A stretch of DNA of 64,000 nucleotides from the NCBI GenBank assembly GCA_913051545.1, contig CAJXCD010000004.1:88153-152152 (forward strand). Reading direction: 5' to 3'. A program made the position numbers and the translations under genes. This DNA comes from an uncultured Chloroflexota bacterium (GTDB lineage Bacteria > Chloroflexota > Dehalococcoidia > Lucifugimonadales > CAJXCD01). Below the pieces are notes generated by a model. That model ran no database searches and was not told the DNA's origin. It saw nothing but the letters and a program-made list of their open reading frames with translations. Of this stretch, positions 47,130 through 56,389 are shown one piece after another. Within the stretch, counting starts at the first letter, position 1, and every line of letters starts with the position of its first letter.

Positions 47130-49604
47130 TTAAATTACGATATTTACCAATTTAGCAGGTACGTATATCTCCCTCTTGATAACTTTACCTCTAATGTGGG
47201 GGATAACTTTATCACTCTCTTTAGCTAATTTCACAGCCTCTTCTTCCGTAACAGATTCAGCAGGTATCTCTATACGATCTCTCAAGCGACCATTCACTTG
47301 TACAACTAGAGTAACTACGTCATCTGAAGACAGCTCAGGATCCCAATCAGGAAGTTTTTCAAGGTGAATACTCGTTTCGTGCCCAAATTGACTCCATAAT
47401 TCCTCCGAAATATGAGGAGTTATGGGTGCCATTAATATGAGGAGTTTTTCCACTGCATCAGTCCAACTCTTTACATCAACTGATTTTCGCTCCAAAACCA
47501 TGTTCAGCTCATTACTATATTCCATTAAAGAAGCCAAAACTGTATTGAATTTAAATTGCTCCATGTCACTAACAACGCGACGTATAGTTTTGTGTTTCAT
47601 TCTGTTTAGATCAGCAACCGCCTTTCCGTCAATACTAGTATCTTTCAAAAATTTAAGGTCCCTACTGGCAAGATCCCAAACACGATTAATCCACCGCACC
47701 ATGCCGTTAAGGCCTGTATCGCTCCAGTCACCCCCTCTATCCCACGGGCCAAGAAACATTAAATAACACCTAACAGCATCTGCTCCAACACGTCGTACAT
47801 ATTTATCTGGAGCTATCACGTTACCTCTAGACTTACTCATTTTCTGGTGATTAGCGATTATGTGACCTTGGTTAAACAGTCGTATAAATGGCTCATCAAA
47901 ATCTAATAATCCTAAATCCCTGAGTGCCTTAGTAAAAAATCTTGCATAGAGTAAATGCATCACAGCGTGTTCAGCACCACCAGTGTACTGATCAACGGGA
48001 CTCCAAGTGCTCACTAAATCAGGATCAAATATTCCTTTGGTATACCCTGAACTGGTAAATCGAAATTGATACCAAGAAGAATCAACAAAAGTGTCCATGG
48101 TATCTGTTTCGCGTATGGCGATACCTCCACAACTAGGACATTCCGTCTTCCAGAAACATTCATTCAATTTTAAGGGGGATTCTCCAGTGGGCTTAAACTC
48201 CGCATCATCTGGCAACGTTACTGGTAAATCATCCTCTTCTACTGGTACTGTCCCACAACTATCACAATAAACTATTGGAATGGGAGTTCCCCAATAACGC
48301 TGTCGGGATATTAACCAATCGCGAATACGATAGGCTTTATTACGTCTACCCCATCCCTTAGATTCAATGTAGTCGGCAATCTTGGAGATGCTTTCGGTAT
48401 TATGTAAACCATCAAATTGTTCGGAATTAACTTGAACGCCTTCTCCTGTATATGCAGTAGATAACTCCTCACCATTCCATTCATCTGGAGATACCACAAT
48501 CTCAATTGGAAGACCATATTTCTTAGCAAATTTGAAATCCCGTTCATCGTGAGCTGGAACAGCCATTACGACACCTGTACCGTAGGTACGCAGAACGTAA
48601 TCTGCCACTAAAATCGGTATCCGCCTACCGTTCAACGGATTTATACAATAAGCCCCTGTATAGACTCCCGTTTTTGCCTTGTCTGTAGACAACCGCTCTA
48701 CCTCTGATTGACGTCTTGCTTGAACAATATAATTGTCTACTGCTTCTTTGTTTTCGGGAGTCGTAAGAATCTCAACAAGCGGGTGTTCTGGAGCTAATAC
48801 CACAAAAGTTACACCATAGATTGTATCTATTCTGGTCGTAAAAGTAGTTAGAACTTTTTCTTTCAAGCCATACTCAGAAATATCGAATTCAACGTCTACT
48901 CCCTCACTACGTCCAATCCAGTTAGTTTGCATTGTATTGATCTTCTCAGGCCACTGGATCTGAGAATGGTCCAAAAGCTCATCTGCATATTTCGTTACTC
49001 TGAAAAACCATTGGTTTAATTCTCTGCGTTCAACCATTGAATCACAGCGTTCACATTTCCCGTCTACAACTTGCTCATTTGCTAATACCGTGTTGTCCTT
49101 TGGACACCAATTTGCAGGAGCATAAGCCCGGTACGCTAGGTCGTTTTTGTAAAACTGAAGAAATATCCACTGGTTCCATCGATAGTAGTCAGGAGAACAT
49201 GTCACAATTTCTCTATCCCAATCGTACATGGTTCCCATCCTACGTAGCTGTTGACGCATATTGGATATATTATCCATAGTCCTAACGCGGGGATGGATTC
49301 CCTCTCTTATAGCAGCATTCTCAGCAGGCAATCCAAATGCATCGAATCCCATCGGATGTAAAACATTGTAACCCTGCATTCGTTTGAATCTTGCATGCGC
49401 ATCTGCAGGTGCCATTGCATACCAATGGCCAATATGCAAATCCCCAGATGGATATGGATACATCGTTAGTTCATACCATTTCTGCCCAGCAGCAGTATCT
49501 CTAACCTTATACAGTTCGTCCTCTTCCCATCGTTTCTGCCACTTTAATTCTATTTTTGATGCATCGTATCTTAATTCAGTAACTCTGGATTTAGGTACAG
49601 CCAT
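47130..49604 (-). CDS. leuS: Leucine--tRNA ligase
   Basis: PYPSGDLHIGHW (HIGH) and KMSKSRGN (KMSKS); 824 aa. Confidence 0.97.
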   Translation of the reverse strand: MAVPKSRVTELRYDASKIELKWQKRWEEDELYKVRDTAAGQKWYELTMYPYPSGDLHIGHWYAMAPADAHARFKRMQGYNVLHPMGFDAFGLPAENAAIREGIHPRVRTMDNISNMRQQLRRMGTMYDWDREIVTCSPDYYRWNQWIFLQFYKNDLAYRAYAPANWCPKDNTVLANEQVVDGKCERCDSMVERRELNQWFFRVTKYADELLDHSQIQWPEKINTMQTNWIGRSEGVDVEFDISEYGLKEKVLTTFTTRIDTIYGVTFVVLAPEHPLVEILTTPENKEAVDNYIVQARRQSEVERLSTDKAKTGVYTGAYCINPLNGRRIPILVADYVLRTYGTGVVMAVPAHDERDFKFAKKYGLPIEIVVSPDEWNGEELSTAYTGEGVQVNSEQFDGLHNTESISKIADYIESKGWGRRNKAYRIRDWLISRQRYWGTPIPIVYCDSCGTVPVEEDDLPVTLPDDAEFKPTGESPLKLNECFWKTECPSCGGIAIRETDTMDTFVDSSWYQFRFTSSGYTKGIFDPDLVSTWSPVDQYTGGAEHAVMHLLYARFFTKALRDLGLLDFDEPFIRLFNQGHIIANHQKMSKSRGNVIAPDKYVRRVGADAVRCYLMFLGPWDRGGDWSDTGLNGMVRWINRVWDLASRDLKFLKDTSIDGKAVADLNRMKHKTIRRVVSDMEQFKFNTVLASLMEYSNELNMVLERKSVDVKSWTDAVEKLLILMAPITPHISEELWSQFGHETSIHLEKLPDWDPELSSDDVVTLVVQVNGRLRDRIEIPAESVTEEEAVKLAKESDKVIPHIRGKVIKREIYVPAKLVNIVI

Positions 49605-49667
49605 TTCCTGATCCTCTCGCTAGAGACATCATTGTATAATTTTTTCGTGTTTTGGCTATGAATTCGA

Positions 49668-51182
49668 TTACTTAGGCAAAGCACCAGGATCATCCCAACC
49701 CATCCGTGCCTTGTAGAACAACGGAGCGTACGATGTACTATATAGAGGTTTATACTCCATCCCTGATGCTCCATCAGATCGTATTTGATCCTGCGGTCTG
49801 GGCAATCGGCCTCCTAGGTGATTTTCCAATCTACTTTTAAATTTACTTGCTACGTCAGGGTTAAGATCACAAACATTATGTGCTTCATCTCGATCAGAAT
49901 TCAAATCATATAATTCTGGTCTTGGTTCATCCGATATCCAATTAGTTATGTAATTCCACTCATAATCCCTTACAGATGCGTAGTCGTTCCACCCAGTTAT
50001 AACAAATTCATCCTGATCATGATTATCATCATTAACGATCCGTAACAAACTAGTTCCGTCCATCTCAAATGACTTCTCCTCCATCCCAGCCAATTCCAGT
50101 ATCGTAGGAGCAATGTCCTGATTCTGAACCAAATTTTCAACATCACTGTTATTCAGAGATTTTTCGGGATGTCTTAATAATAAATTCAACTTTGTAGTAA
50201 ACGGGTGTAGCTGAGACTCGCGCTTACCTAATCCACTTAGATCAGCTAGCTCTGTCCCGTGATCCGATGTGAATATCAATGCAGTGTCATCTTCTAAGCC
50301 AAGTTTATGCAAATTTTCTAGGAACATGCCTATATATTTATCAGTAAACGTAACTTCTGCCATGTAACATGCAACATAGTAATCTAGAAATTCTTCCGAA
50401 AGTCCCTGTACAGAATCACCCCCAATATCAGAGTGTAAACGAGCGCTGAGTATGTGCTCAGGCTGTTGGTATTTTGGGCCTTCCCAAGTGTCATTGTATT
50501 CCTTGATATAGGAGTGGGGTGGGTCAAACAACTCATGTGTTTCAAAACAGTCCATCCAAAGGAAAAATGGGGAATTATTAGCATTGTCCTTAATCCAGCG
50601 AGATCCTGCCGTAAATACTCTGGGTGCAAACCAATCCTCTTCATTAATCCTATCTCGAATATTATGCAGGTACTGTAATACTTGGCCTTCTGCATAAAAT
50701 GAAACATTCGAATCTGATGGAGGAGTTGGAAGATAGTTACCAAAATAATCCTTGAATGAACTTGCAACTGTGTCCCATGGACCTATTCTCCAACTATCGC
50801 TAGTCTGACCACGCACATGCTCGAAAGTGAGAAAGCCTCTAGAAAAGTTCATGTTAGGTTTGAATATATGAGGGGTATCTGCTATTAGCCCAGTCGCATA
50901 TCCACCACTAACTAGGTGTTCAGCAACGGTAGGATATCCTTTAGGAACCTCGTGCCATCCATAGTATCCATTTTTGAAAGGGAATCCTCTCATACCTGTA
51001 AAATTGGTATTACGAACCTGTAAAGTAGCTAACGCCTCACCATAACATTGGTTAAATCGTATTGATTGATCGTACAATTGGTCTAGAGCCGGCGTTCTTA
51101 TATGACTAAATTTCTTTCCTTGTCCTACTATATCAGCCCTAAAAGTGTCTAAACAAATAACAACTATATTAGGTTTGTTCAC
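49668..51182 (-). CDS. Sulfatase-fold (alkaline-phosphatase superfamily) hydrolase with Thr at the formylglycine position
   Basis: 504 aa, no signal peptide. CLDTFRAD metal motif. ATLQVRNTNFTG occupies the position of C/S-x-P-x-R-x4-TG. Confidence 0.75.
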   Translation of the reverse strand: MNKPNIVVICLDTFRADIVGQGKKFSHIRTPALDQLYDQSIRFNQCYGEALATLQVRNTNFTGMRGFPFKNGYYGWHEVPKGYPTVAEHLVSGGYATGLIADTPHIFKPNMNFSRGFLTFEHVRGQTSDSWRIGPWDTVASSFKDYFGNYLPTPPSDSNVSFYAEGQVLQYLHNIRDRINEEDWFAPRVFTAGSRWIKDNANNSPFFLWMDCFETHELFDPPHSYIKEYNDTWEGPKYQQPEHILSARLHSDIGGDSVQGLSEEFLDYYVACYMAEVTFTDKYIGMFLENLHKLGLEDDTALIFTSDHGTELADLSGLGKRESQLHPFTTKLNLLLRHPEKSLNNSDVENLVQNQDIAPTILELAGMEEKSFEMDGTSLLRIVNDDNHDQDEFVITGWNDYASVRDYEWNYITNWISDEPRPELYDLNSDRDEAHNVCDLNPDVASKFKSRLENHLGGRLPRPQDQIRSDGASGMEYKPLYSTSYAPLFYKARMGWDDPGALPK

Positions 51183-51348
51183 AAGATCCCCTTAGAAATT
51201 ACTGTGATTTCAAAACCGATATCTGATCTCCAAATTTGGACCTTTAAAGATTACCATCCAATACATCATTTTACATTGCCAATCATATATTCGTCATGTT
51301 GAGTCTAAAAGAGTTAAATCTATTAGAATAGTAGTACTGTTGGAAAAC

Positions 51349-51372
51349 AGATATGGATAGAGATCCATATCT
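51349..51372. repeat. Perfect 10-bp inverted repeat AGATATGGAT-AGAG-ATCCATATCT (candidate operator)
   Basis: Read directly from the sequence. It lies in the divergent intergenic region between the sulfatase-fold gene and the GH32/68-like gene. Confidence 0.5.
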
Positions 51373-51458
51373 ATTCGTTACTTCTCAAGCATTACAAACC
51401 ATTATCTGCCAATGAGATTGATTTAAATGATCTCTGATACCAATGGGCAAAGAAGTTA

Positions 51459-51487
51459 TTGACCGAAAACTGTTCCACCACTAGAAT
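51459..51487 (+). promoter_or_regulatory. Putative promoter (TTGACC-17-TAGAAT) of the GH32/68-like gene
   Basis: TTGACC 51459-51464, 17-nt spacer, TAGAAT 51482-51487, about 27 nt before GTG 51514. Confidence 0.4.
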
Positions 51488-51513
51488 ACCAACGCGAATT
51501 AAAATATCAGGTA

Positions 51514-52521
51514 GTGTTTTATACCAACTATCCAGGATCACTACTCCTTTGCTTATTGATAACTGGCTGTAATTTAACATTGTTTACTCTTCCAAACTAT
51601 ACTATAGGTGACACTTGGTACGTCGTGGACAGGGGATTAATCCACTGTTTTTTTTGTACTTCACCTGAAGAAAAACCCGACTGGAACTGGGATATAGGAC
51701 ATGCGATAAGTCGCGATTTAGTGACCTGGGATTTTGTTGGCATAGCTGTCAAAAGAGGTGAAGATAAGGAATGGGACAGCCAAACCCTATCAACAGGTTC
51801 AGTAATGTATAGAAACGGTCGATACTGGATGGCCTACAGTGGTATTCGGAAAGGAGAGAACCCTCCTAGCAGAAAAATACATCGTGTGGGTATTGCCGTA
51901 TCAAACAATCTCTATGAGTGGGAAAAACTAACCAATAATCCTGTAAACGAACGCGATCCCCGTCTATACGAACGGCTAGGCCGCGTGAATAAAGCTTATA
52001 GTCAGTGGAGAGATCCTTTCCTATACGAGCAAGGGGAAAGTGTATACCAGTTGGTTTGCGCTAGAAACAAACACACTGACTACTCAAAACGTGGGGCTAT
52101 TGGTGTTGCAACGAGCAGTGACATGAAAAACTGGCGCATTTTATCTCCTATAGATGTGGAACCAATTGCCACAGAACTTGAAGTACCACAAGTTTACACG
52201 ATACAAAATAGACACTTTCTAGTCTTCTGCACATCTCCTGATAGACTCCAACCTTCTTTCACAAATAATTTCCCTGACCATCAATTCCGAAAAACAGACT
52301 ATTCAATGGTTGGGGAATCACCTTTAGGACCATTTGCCATCCATGGCACTGGAGAAATTATTAGTCCAAATAATATCCAACGACCTTACGCTAGTCGTAT
52401 AGTCAAATGGCAAAAAGCGTTATTCCTTATTGGAACTGTACGAAGAGGAAGCATAACCAGCATATCTGATCCGATACCTGTAGTATCCGATAAATTTGGT
52501 ATACACGAACTCACTAAATGA
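51514..52521 (+). CDS. Clan GH-J (GH32/GH68-like) five-bladed beta-propeller protein
   Basis: GDTWYVV (WD(S/T)W / WMNDPNG-like nucleophile region), SQWRDPF (RDP motif), ELEVPQV (EC-motif position). GTG start. The N-terminus contains a LLITGC lipobox-like string. Confidence 0.55.
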   Translation: MFYTNYPGSLLLCLLITGCNLTLFTLPNYTIGDTWYVVDRGLIHCFFCTSPEEKPDWNWDIGHAISRDLVTWDFVGIAVKRGEDKEWDSQTLSTGSVMYRNGRYWMAYSGIRKGENPPSRKIHRVGIAVSNNLYEWEKLTNNPVNERDPRLYERLGRVNKAYSQWRDPFLYEQGESVYQLVCARNKHTDYSKRGAIGVATSSDMKNWRILSPIDVEPIATELEVPQVYTIQNRHFLVFCTSPDRLQPSFTNNFPDHQFRKTDYSMVGESPLGPFAIHGTGEIISPNNIQRPYASRIVKWQKALFLIGTVRRGSITSISDPIPVVSDKFGIHELTK

Positions 52522-52612
52522 AATACAAGTTTACGTCGTTTATATATCTAATCAACAGATTAGCATCACTCAATAACGTCAATGTATAGGCTTATAACAA
52601 AGAGGTGAAACA

Positions 52613-53425
52613 GTGACTTTTGATGTCAATAATTTCGAAATTGAGGTCTTGCAAGAAAGCAAAAATATTCCAGTAGTTGTAGATTTCTGGGCAGAATGGT
52701 GCGGCCCCTGTAAGGTTATAGGACCAATACTTGAAAAACATGCTCTCAACAGTGAAGGTCGATGGATTTTAGCTAAAATTAATACTGAAACTCATCCAGC
52801 GATTGCTGCTCAATACAACATCCGCAGTATCCCAAACATAAAACTCTTCGTAAATGGTAACGTTGTGGATGAATTTATGGGAGCTCTTCCAGAATCTCAA
52901 ATAGTAGAATGGCTAAATAAAGTAATACCGAGTAAATACCAAGATCAAATCGAGTATGCCAAGAAACTCTGGTTGGAAAATAATTCCTATGAAGCACAGA
53001 AAATTCTACAGCTCGTACTCGATACAGAATCGGAAAACCAAGAAGCAACTGTGTTATTAGCACAAACATTGCTGAATTCAGATACGGAATTGGCATTGTC
53101 AACTATAAAGAATATAAATTTAGGATCAGAATATTTTGATAAAGCCGAAGCAATTCGAATCGTTGCGAAATTCGCTAATAATATACGCAATGAAGAATCC
53201 TTAAGAGATAACCCCACTGATCTTTTATACAAAGAGTCTATCGAGCATATTATTGCCAATCAATTTGAGTCCGCTTTGAATGGGTTTCTTCAAATAATAC
53301 GTAGAGATAGGAAATACGATGATGAAGGTCCCAGGAAATTGTGTGTTGCCATTTTCAACATGCTAGGGCCAGACAACGAAATATCTAGAAATTACCGTGC
53401 AAGACTAAGTAGGGAATTATTCTGA
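52613..53425 (+). CDS. Thioredoxin-domain protein with helical TPR-like C-terminus (YbbN/CnoX-like)
   Basis: WAEWCGPCK active site followed by a ~160-aa helical repeat region. GTG start after GAGGTG. Confidence 0.85.
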   Translation: MTFDVNNFEIEVLQESKNIPVVVDFWAEWCGPCKVIGPILEKHALNSEGRWILAKINTETHPAIAAQYNIRSIPNIKLFVNGNVVDEFMGALPESQIVEWLNKVIPSKYQDQIEYAKKLWLENNSYEAQKILQLVLDTESENQEATVLLAQTLLNSDTELALSTIKNINLGSEYFDKAEAIRIVAKFANNIRNEESLRDNPTDLLYKESIEHIIANQFESALNGFLQIIRRDRKYDDEGPRKLCVAIFNMLGPDNEISRNYRARLSRELF

Positions 53426-53440
53426 TATCAAGAAAGTTTA

Positions 53441-53836
53441 ATGAACAACAATATCTTCTCTAAATTCACCAAATTGATCTTTGTATTATTTGGACTCGTA
53501 TTCCTAGCTATAGGAATAGCTGGATATATCCTACCAGGACTCCCAGGGACAATTTTTGTGATCATCTCAGCGGGACTATTCATGAGATCATCTCCGAAGT
53601 TATATGCTTTCGTTACGCAAAACAGCCTATTCGGTAGACAACTCCGAGAGTACCTTGAAACTGGAGTTATGCCATTAAGAGCAAAAATTCTATCCTTAAG
53701 TTCAATTTGGGTATTCACTACAATATCAATACTATGGGCGCCATATGGATGGATATTTGATGTTGTGATATTAATACTAGCACTAGCAGGGTCCATATAT
53801 ATACTCAGTAAACCGACGCGTCCAAAGTTAGATTAA
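53441..53836 (+). CDS. DUF454/YbaN-family inner-membrane protein
   Basis: GIAGYILPGLPGTIFVIISAGLFMRSSPKLYAF motif. The overlapping minus-strand ORF is rejected. Confidence 0.75.
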   Translation: MNNNIFSKFTKLIFVLFGLVFLAIGIAGYILPGLPGTIFVIISAGLFMRSSPKLYAFVTQNSLFGRQLREYLETGVMPLRAKILSLSSIWVFTTISILWAPYGWIFDVVILILALAGSIYILSKPTRPKLD

Positions 53837-53855
53837 AATTGTATCGGTGTTTGTT

Positions 53856-54221
53856 TTAGTCCTTCACATGCGAAAATGATGTTATAACCAAAAGATCTAA
53901 CCAGCTATCCCCGGTGTTAAAATTTTGGTGACCGATATCAGGCTCAACATGAACTGCATCACCAACCTTTATATCGTACAATTTATCACCCAATTGAATT
54001 TTTCCAGTACCTGCCAATACGAAGAATACGTGTTCCGATTTATGAGTATGAAAATCGCCCTGCTTACCGGGCTGGATGGAATGCCGATGTAAAGCCCATT
54101 CACCTTCTAATCTAGCGGAATCTCCCTCATCGCCTCTCCCTTTTGGACCTAATATATGATGAATTAAAATATTGTCGTGCCCTATGTACGGTTGACAATC
54201 TGTCCAATTACGAATTGACAT
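53856..54221 (-). CDS. Cupin-domain protein
   Basis: GDFHTHKSEHVFFVLAG fits G-x2-H-x-H-x3-E-x6-G, and a second motif GDAVHVEP is present. Confidence 0.7.
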   Translation of the reverse strand: MSIRNWTDCQPYIGHDNILIHHILGPKGRGDEGDSARLEGEWALHRHSIQPGKQGDFHTHKSEHVFFVLAGTGKIQLGDKLYDIKVGDAVHVEPDIGHQNFNTGDSWLDLLVITSFSHVKD

Positions 54222-54322
54222 CCCAGCCTCCTATAGCACTCTTATAAATACAACTATTTCTCTAAATAATTTAATTACTTAGAAACGGCGTAGGTCTCAC
54301 CAGACAGATAATTCAAGACAGC

Positions 54323-54361
54323 AAAAAGCAGTCGAGAACAAAGCGCGCTCGACTGCTTTTT
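54323..54361 (-). terminator. Rho-independent (bidirectional-looking) terminator after the collagen-like gene
   Basis: AAAAAGCAGTCGAG-(11 nt)-CTCGACTGCTTTTT. A 9-bp GC-rich core flanked by A5/T5, 58 nt after the stop at 54419. Confidence 0.7.
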
Positions 54362-54418
54362 GGCATCTAAACCCATTTACAGGGTTAATATCCGTCACCT
54401 ACATAGTAGGATCAAGAT

Positions 54419-54922
54419 TTACTCCTCTGATACGCAAACGCCTTCTTCATCAGCCAAAACAACGATTGGAGCAGTAGCCATAGTTCCATTCATGCCCATA
54501 CCCGCTAGGGTATAAACTCCAGGATCTGCCGTAATTGCAGTGTCACCAAGCGACCAGGCACCAGTTGCGTCACTAGTACCATTGCCCAATCTCGTCTGTC
54601 TATCACTCTGTTGGAGGATAACTGCTACACCCTCGTACTCTCCATACCCGGCGCCAGCTATTGTCATGGAGCACCCATGTATAACTTCACCGCCCAACAA
54701 ACTAGCTGCAGTAGCTACTGCATCAGCACCATCAGCACCATCAGCACCAGCAGGACCAGCAGGACCAGCAGGACCAGCAGCTCCTTTAGCACCATCTTTT
54801 CCAGCAGCACCAGTAGCACCAGCAGGGCCTATCTCACCCTGACAACCCACCAACACCATAAGAGATGCTAGCGAGATGATAAGGAGAGGAAGCACTGTAC
54901 CGGACGAAATTCGCCTTTTCAT
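54419..54922 (-). CDS. Lipoprotein with a collagen-like G-X-Y repeat stalk and a ~100-aa C-terminal domain
   Basis: Signal peptide MKRRISSGTVLPLLIISLASLMVLVGC with lipobox LVGC. Then 13 uninterrupted G-X-Y triplets (GEIGPAGATGAAGKDGAKGAAGPAGPAGPAGADGADGAD). Confidence 0.75.
   Translation of the reverse strand: MKRRISSGTVLPLLIISLASLMVLVGCQGEIGPAGATGAAGKDGAKGAAGPAGPAGPAGADGADGADAVATAASLLGGEVIHGCSMTIAGAGYGEYEGVAVILQQSDRQTRLGNGTSDATGAWSLGDTAITADPGVYTLAGMGMNGTMATAPIVVLADEEGVCVSEE
54721..54774. repeat. 9-bp tandem repeats inside the collagen-like gene
   Basis: 3 x CATCAGCAC (54721-54747) followed by 3 x CAGCAGGAC (54748-54774), encoding (GAD)3 and (GPA)3 on the minus strand. Confidence 0.9.
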
Positions 54923-55067
54923 CTAAGCCTCCTGTCATATCTAGACACACCCTATCTGAGCGTGCCGATTTTTAACCCGTCCATTATACATGTATCTGTC
55001 AATACATCCAACATGGGAACCGAACATACTTTAGCACTAACGCCCCGAATGAAAAATGTTACTCATC

Positions 55068-56387
55068 CTATCGACTCAAAATTGATGACATTGTATCCAA
55101 AAATTCATCGATATGACTCAATTTCATGGGTAAAGAGAGAGACAATCCTAATCCACCCCAACCGTAATAACCATTCAGTAAAAGTTCCAATCCGATGCGG
55201 TCGAATAACTCTTTATCTACTAGCGACTGCTCTCTATAGTCATGCACTTCTTGGTCTGTGATATACAGATTGAGTAAAGCACCTTCACTTACCACGCAAC
55301 ATGGAATTTCAGCACTATTAAAAACATTCACCAATCCTTCGTGTAATGCTGATCTTAATAAATTTAGATGCTCATACACTTCTGGGGTCAAACACCTGAG
55401 GGTCGCAAGTCCAGCAGTTAATGTAAAAGCGTTTCCAGAAAAAGTTCCACTTTGTCCTAGCTTGTTTGTTTCGAGAGAGCTGTCAAACAAATCCATTAAA
55501 TCTGCCCGACCTCCTATAACTCCAACTGGGAAACCTCCGCCGAAAATTTTGCCGTACACAGTTAAATCGGGCTTAACTCCACTTACACACTGGTACCCAG
55601 AAAACCCAGCTCTAAAACTAACTATTTCATCCATAACCAGCAACAAATCCAAATCTTTAGTAACTGACCTTACTGACCTAGCAAAATCATAAGGTATATC
55701 ATATATACCAGCCTTCGGATCATAAAACACACCTGCTAATTCATCTCTATGCTGTCTCAGTATCTTCTCCATATATTCTGGTCTGTTATAAGGGATCACT
55801 ACAACGTCTTCCTCTGATACCCTTGACATTCCATCCTGAGCAGCTACAGATTTCGGTGACTCTATGGGTCCCACTCTATCTAACGCAGGAGCTGTACTAA
55901 CTTCTAATGCATCATGGCTCCCATGATAAGCTCCTTCAAATTTAGCAATCTTATGTCTACCTGTAACGGAACGCATTAACCTAGTCACATGAAGGGATGC
56001 CTCGGTACCTGAATTAGCAAATCTAATTTTCTCGATAGAAGGAACTCTTGATATTATTTCTTCAGCAATTTCAGCCTCTAGACTAGTAGGAGCACCGAAA
56101 CCAAAACCTTTCCCTAGTTCATTCGTGACAGCATCTACTATTTGCTTTGGATTGTGACCCAGTATCATAGCTGTATGGTGACCTTCAAAATCTAGATACT
56201 CACGCCCATCCAAATCCCACATATGACAACCTTCGGCCCGATCCATATAGATCGGATGTGGGGGACTCCAGTATGCCCCCTTTATAACCCCACCAGGCAT
56301 AGACTGTTTACCTCTTTCCCACTGGCTTCTAGAGTTTGGAGTTACTCTCGTCAACTCCTCTTCAAGGTATCGTCTTGATCTAACCAT
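55068..56387 (-). CDS. Class-III PLP aminotransferase/aminomutase, glutamate-1-semialdehyde aminomutase-like (not canonical HemL)
   Basis: FEGAYHGSHD, DEIVSFRAGF, and PLP-lysine region YGKIFGGGFPVGVIGG. The N-terminus lacks the HemL GGVNSPVRAF motif. Confidence 0.8.
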   Translation of the reverse strand: MVRSRRYLEEELTRVTPNSRSQWERGKQSMPGGVIKGAYWSPPHPIYMDRAEGCHMWDLDGREYLDFEGHHTAMILGHNPKQIVDAVTNELGKGFGFGAPTSLEAEIAEEIISRVPSIEKIRFANSGTEASLHVTRLMRSVTGRHKIAKFEGAYHGSHDALEVSTAPALDRVGPIESPKSVAAQDGMSRVSEEDVVVIPYNRPEYMEKILRQHRDELAGVFYDPKAGIYDIPYDFARSVRSVTKDLDLLLVMDEIVSFRAGFSGYQCVSGVKPDLTVYGKIFGGGFPVGVIGGRADLMDLFDSSLETNKLGQSGTFSGNAFTLTAGLATLRCLTPEVYEHLNLLRSALHEGLVNVFNSAEIPCCVVSEGALLNLYITDQEVHDYREQSLVDKELFDRIGLELLLNGYYGWGGLGLSLSLPMKLSHIDEFLDTMSSILSR

Positions 56388-56389
56388 TA

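Noticed and set aside
53428-53796. A 122-aa minus-strand ORF overlapping the DUF454 gene.
   Set aside because: The plus-strand frame carries the characteristic YbaN/DUF454 motif (LPGLPGT..FMRSSP) and membrane helices. The minus-strand product has no features.
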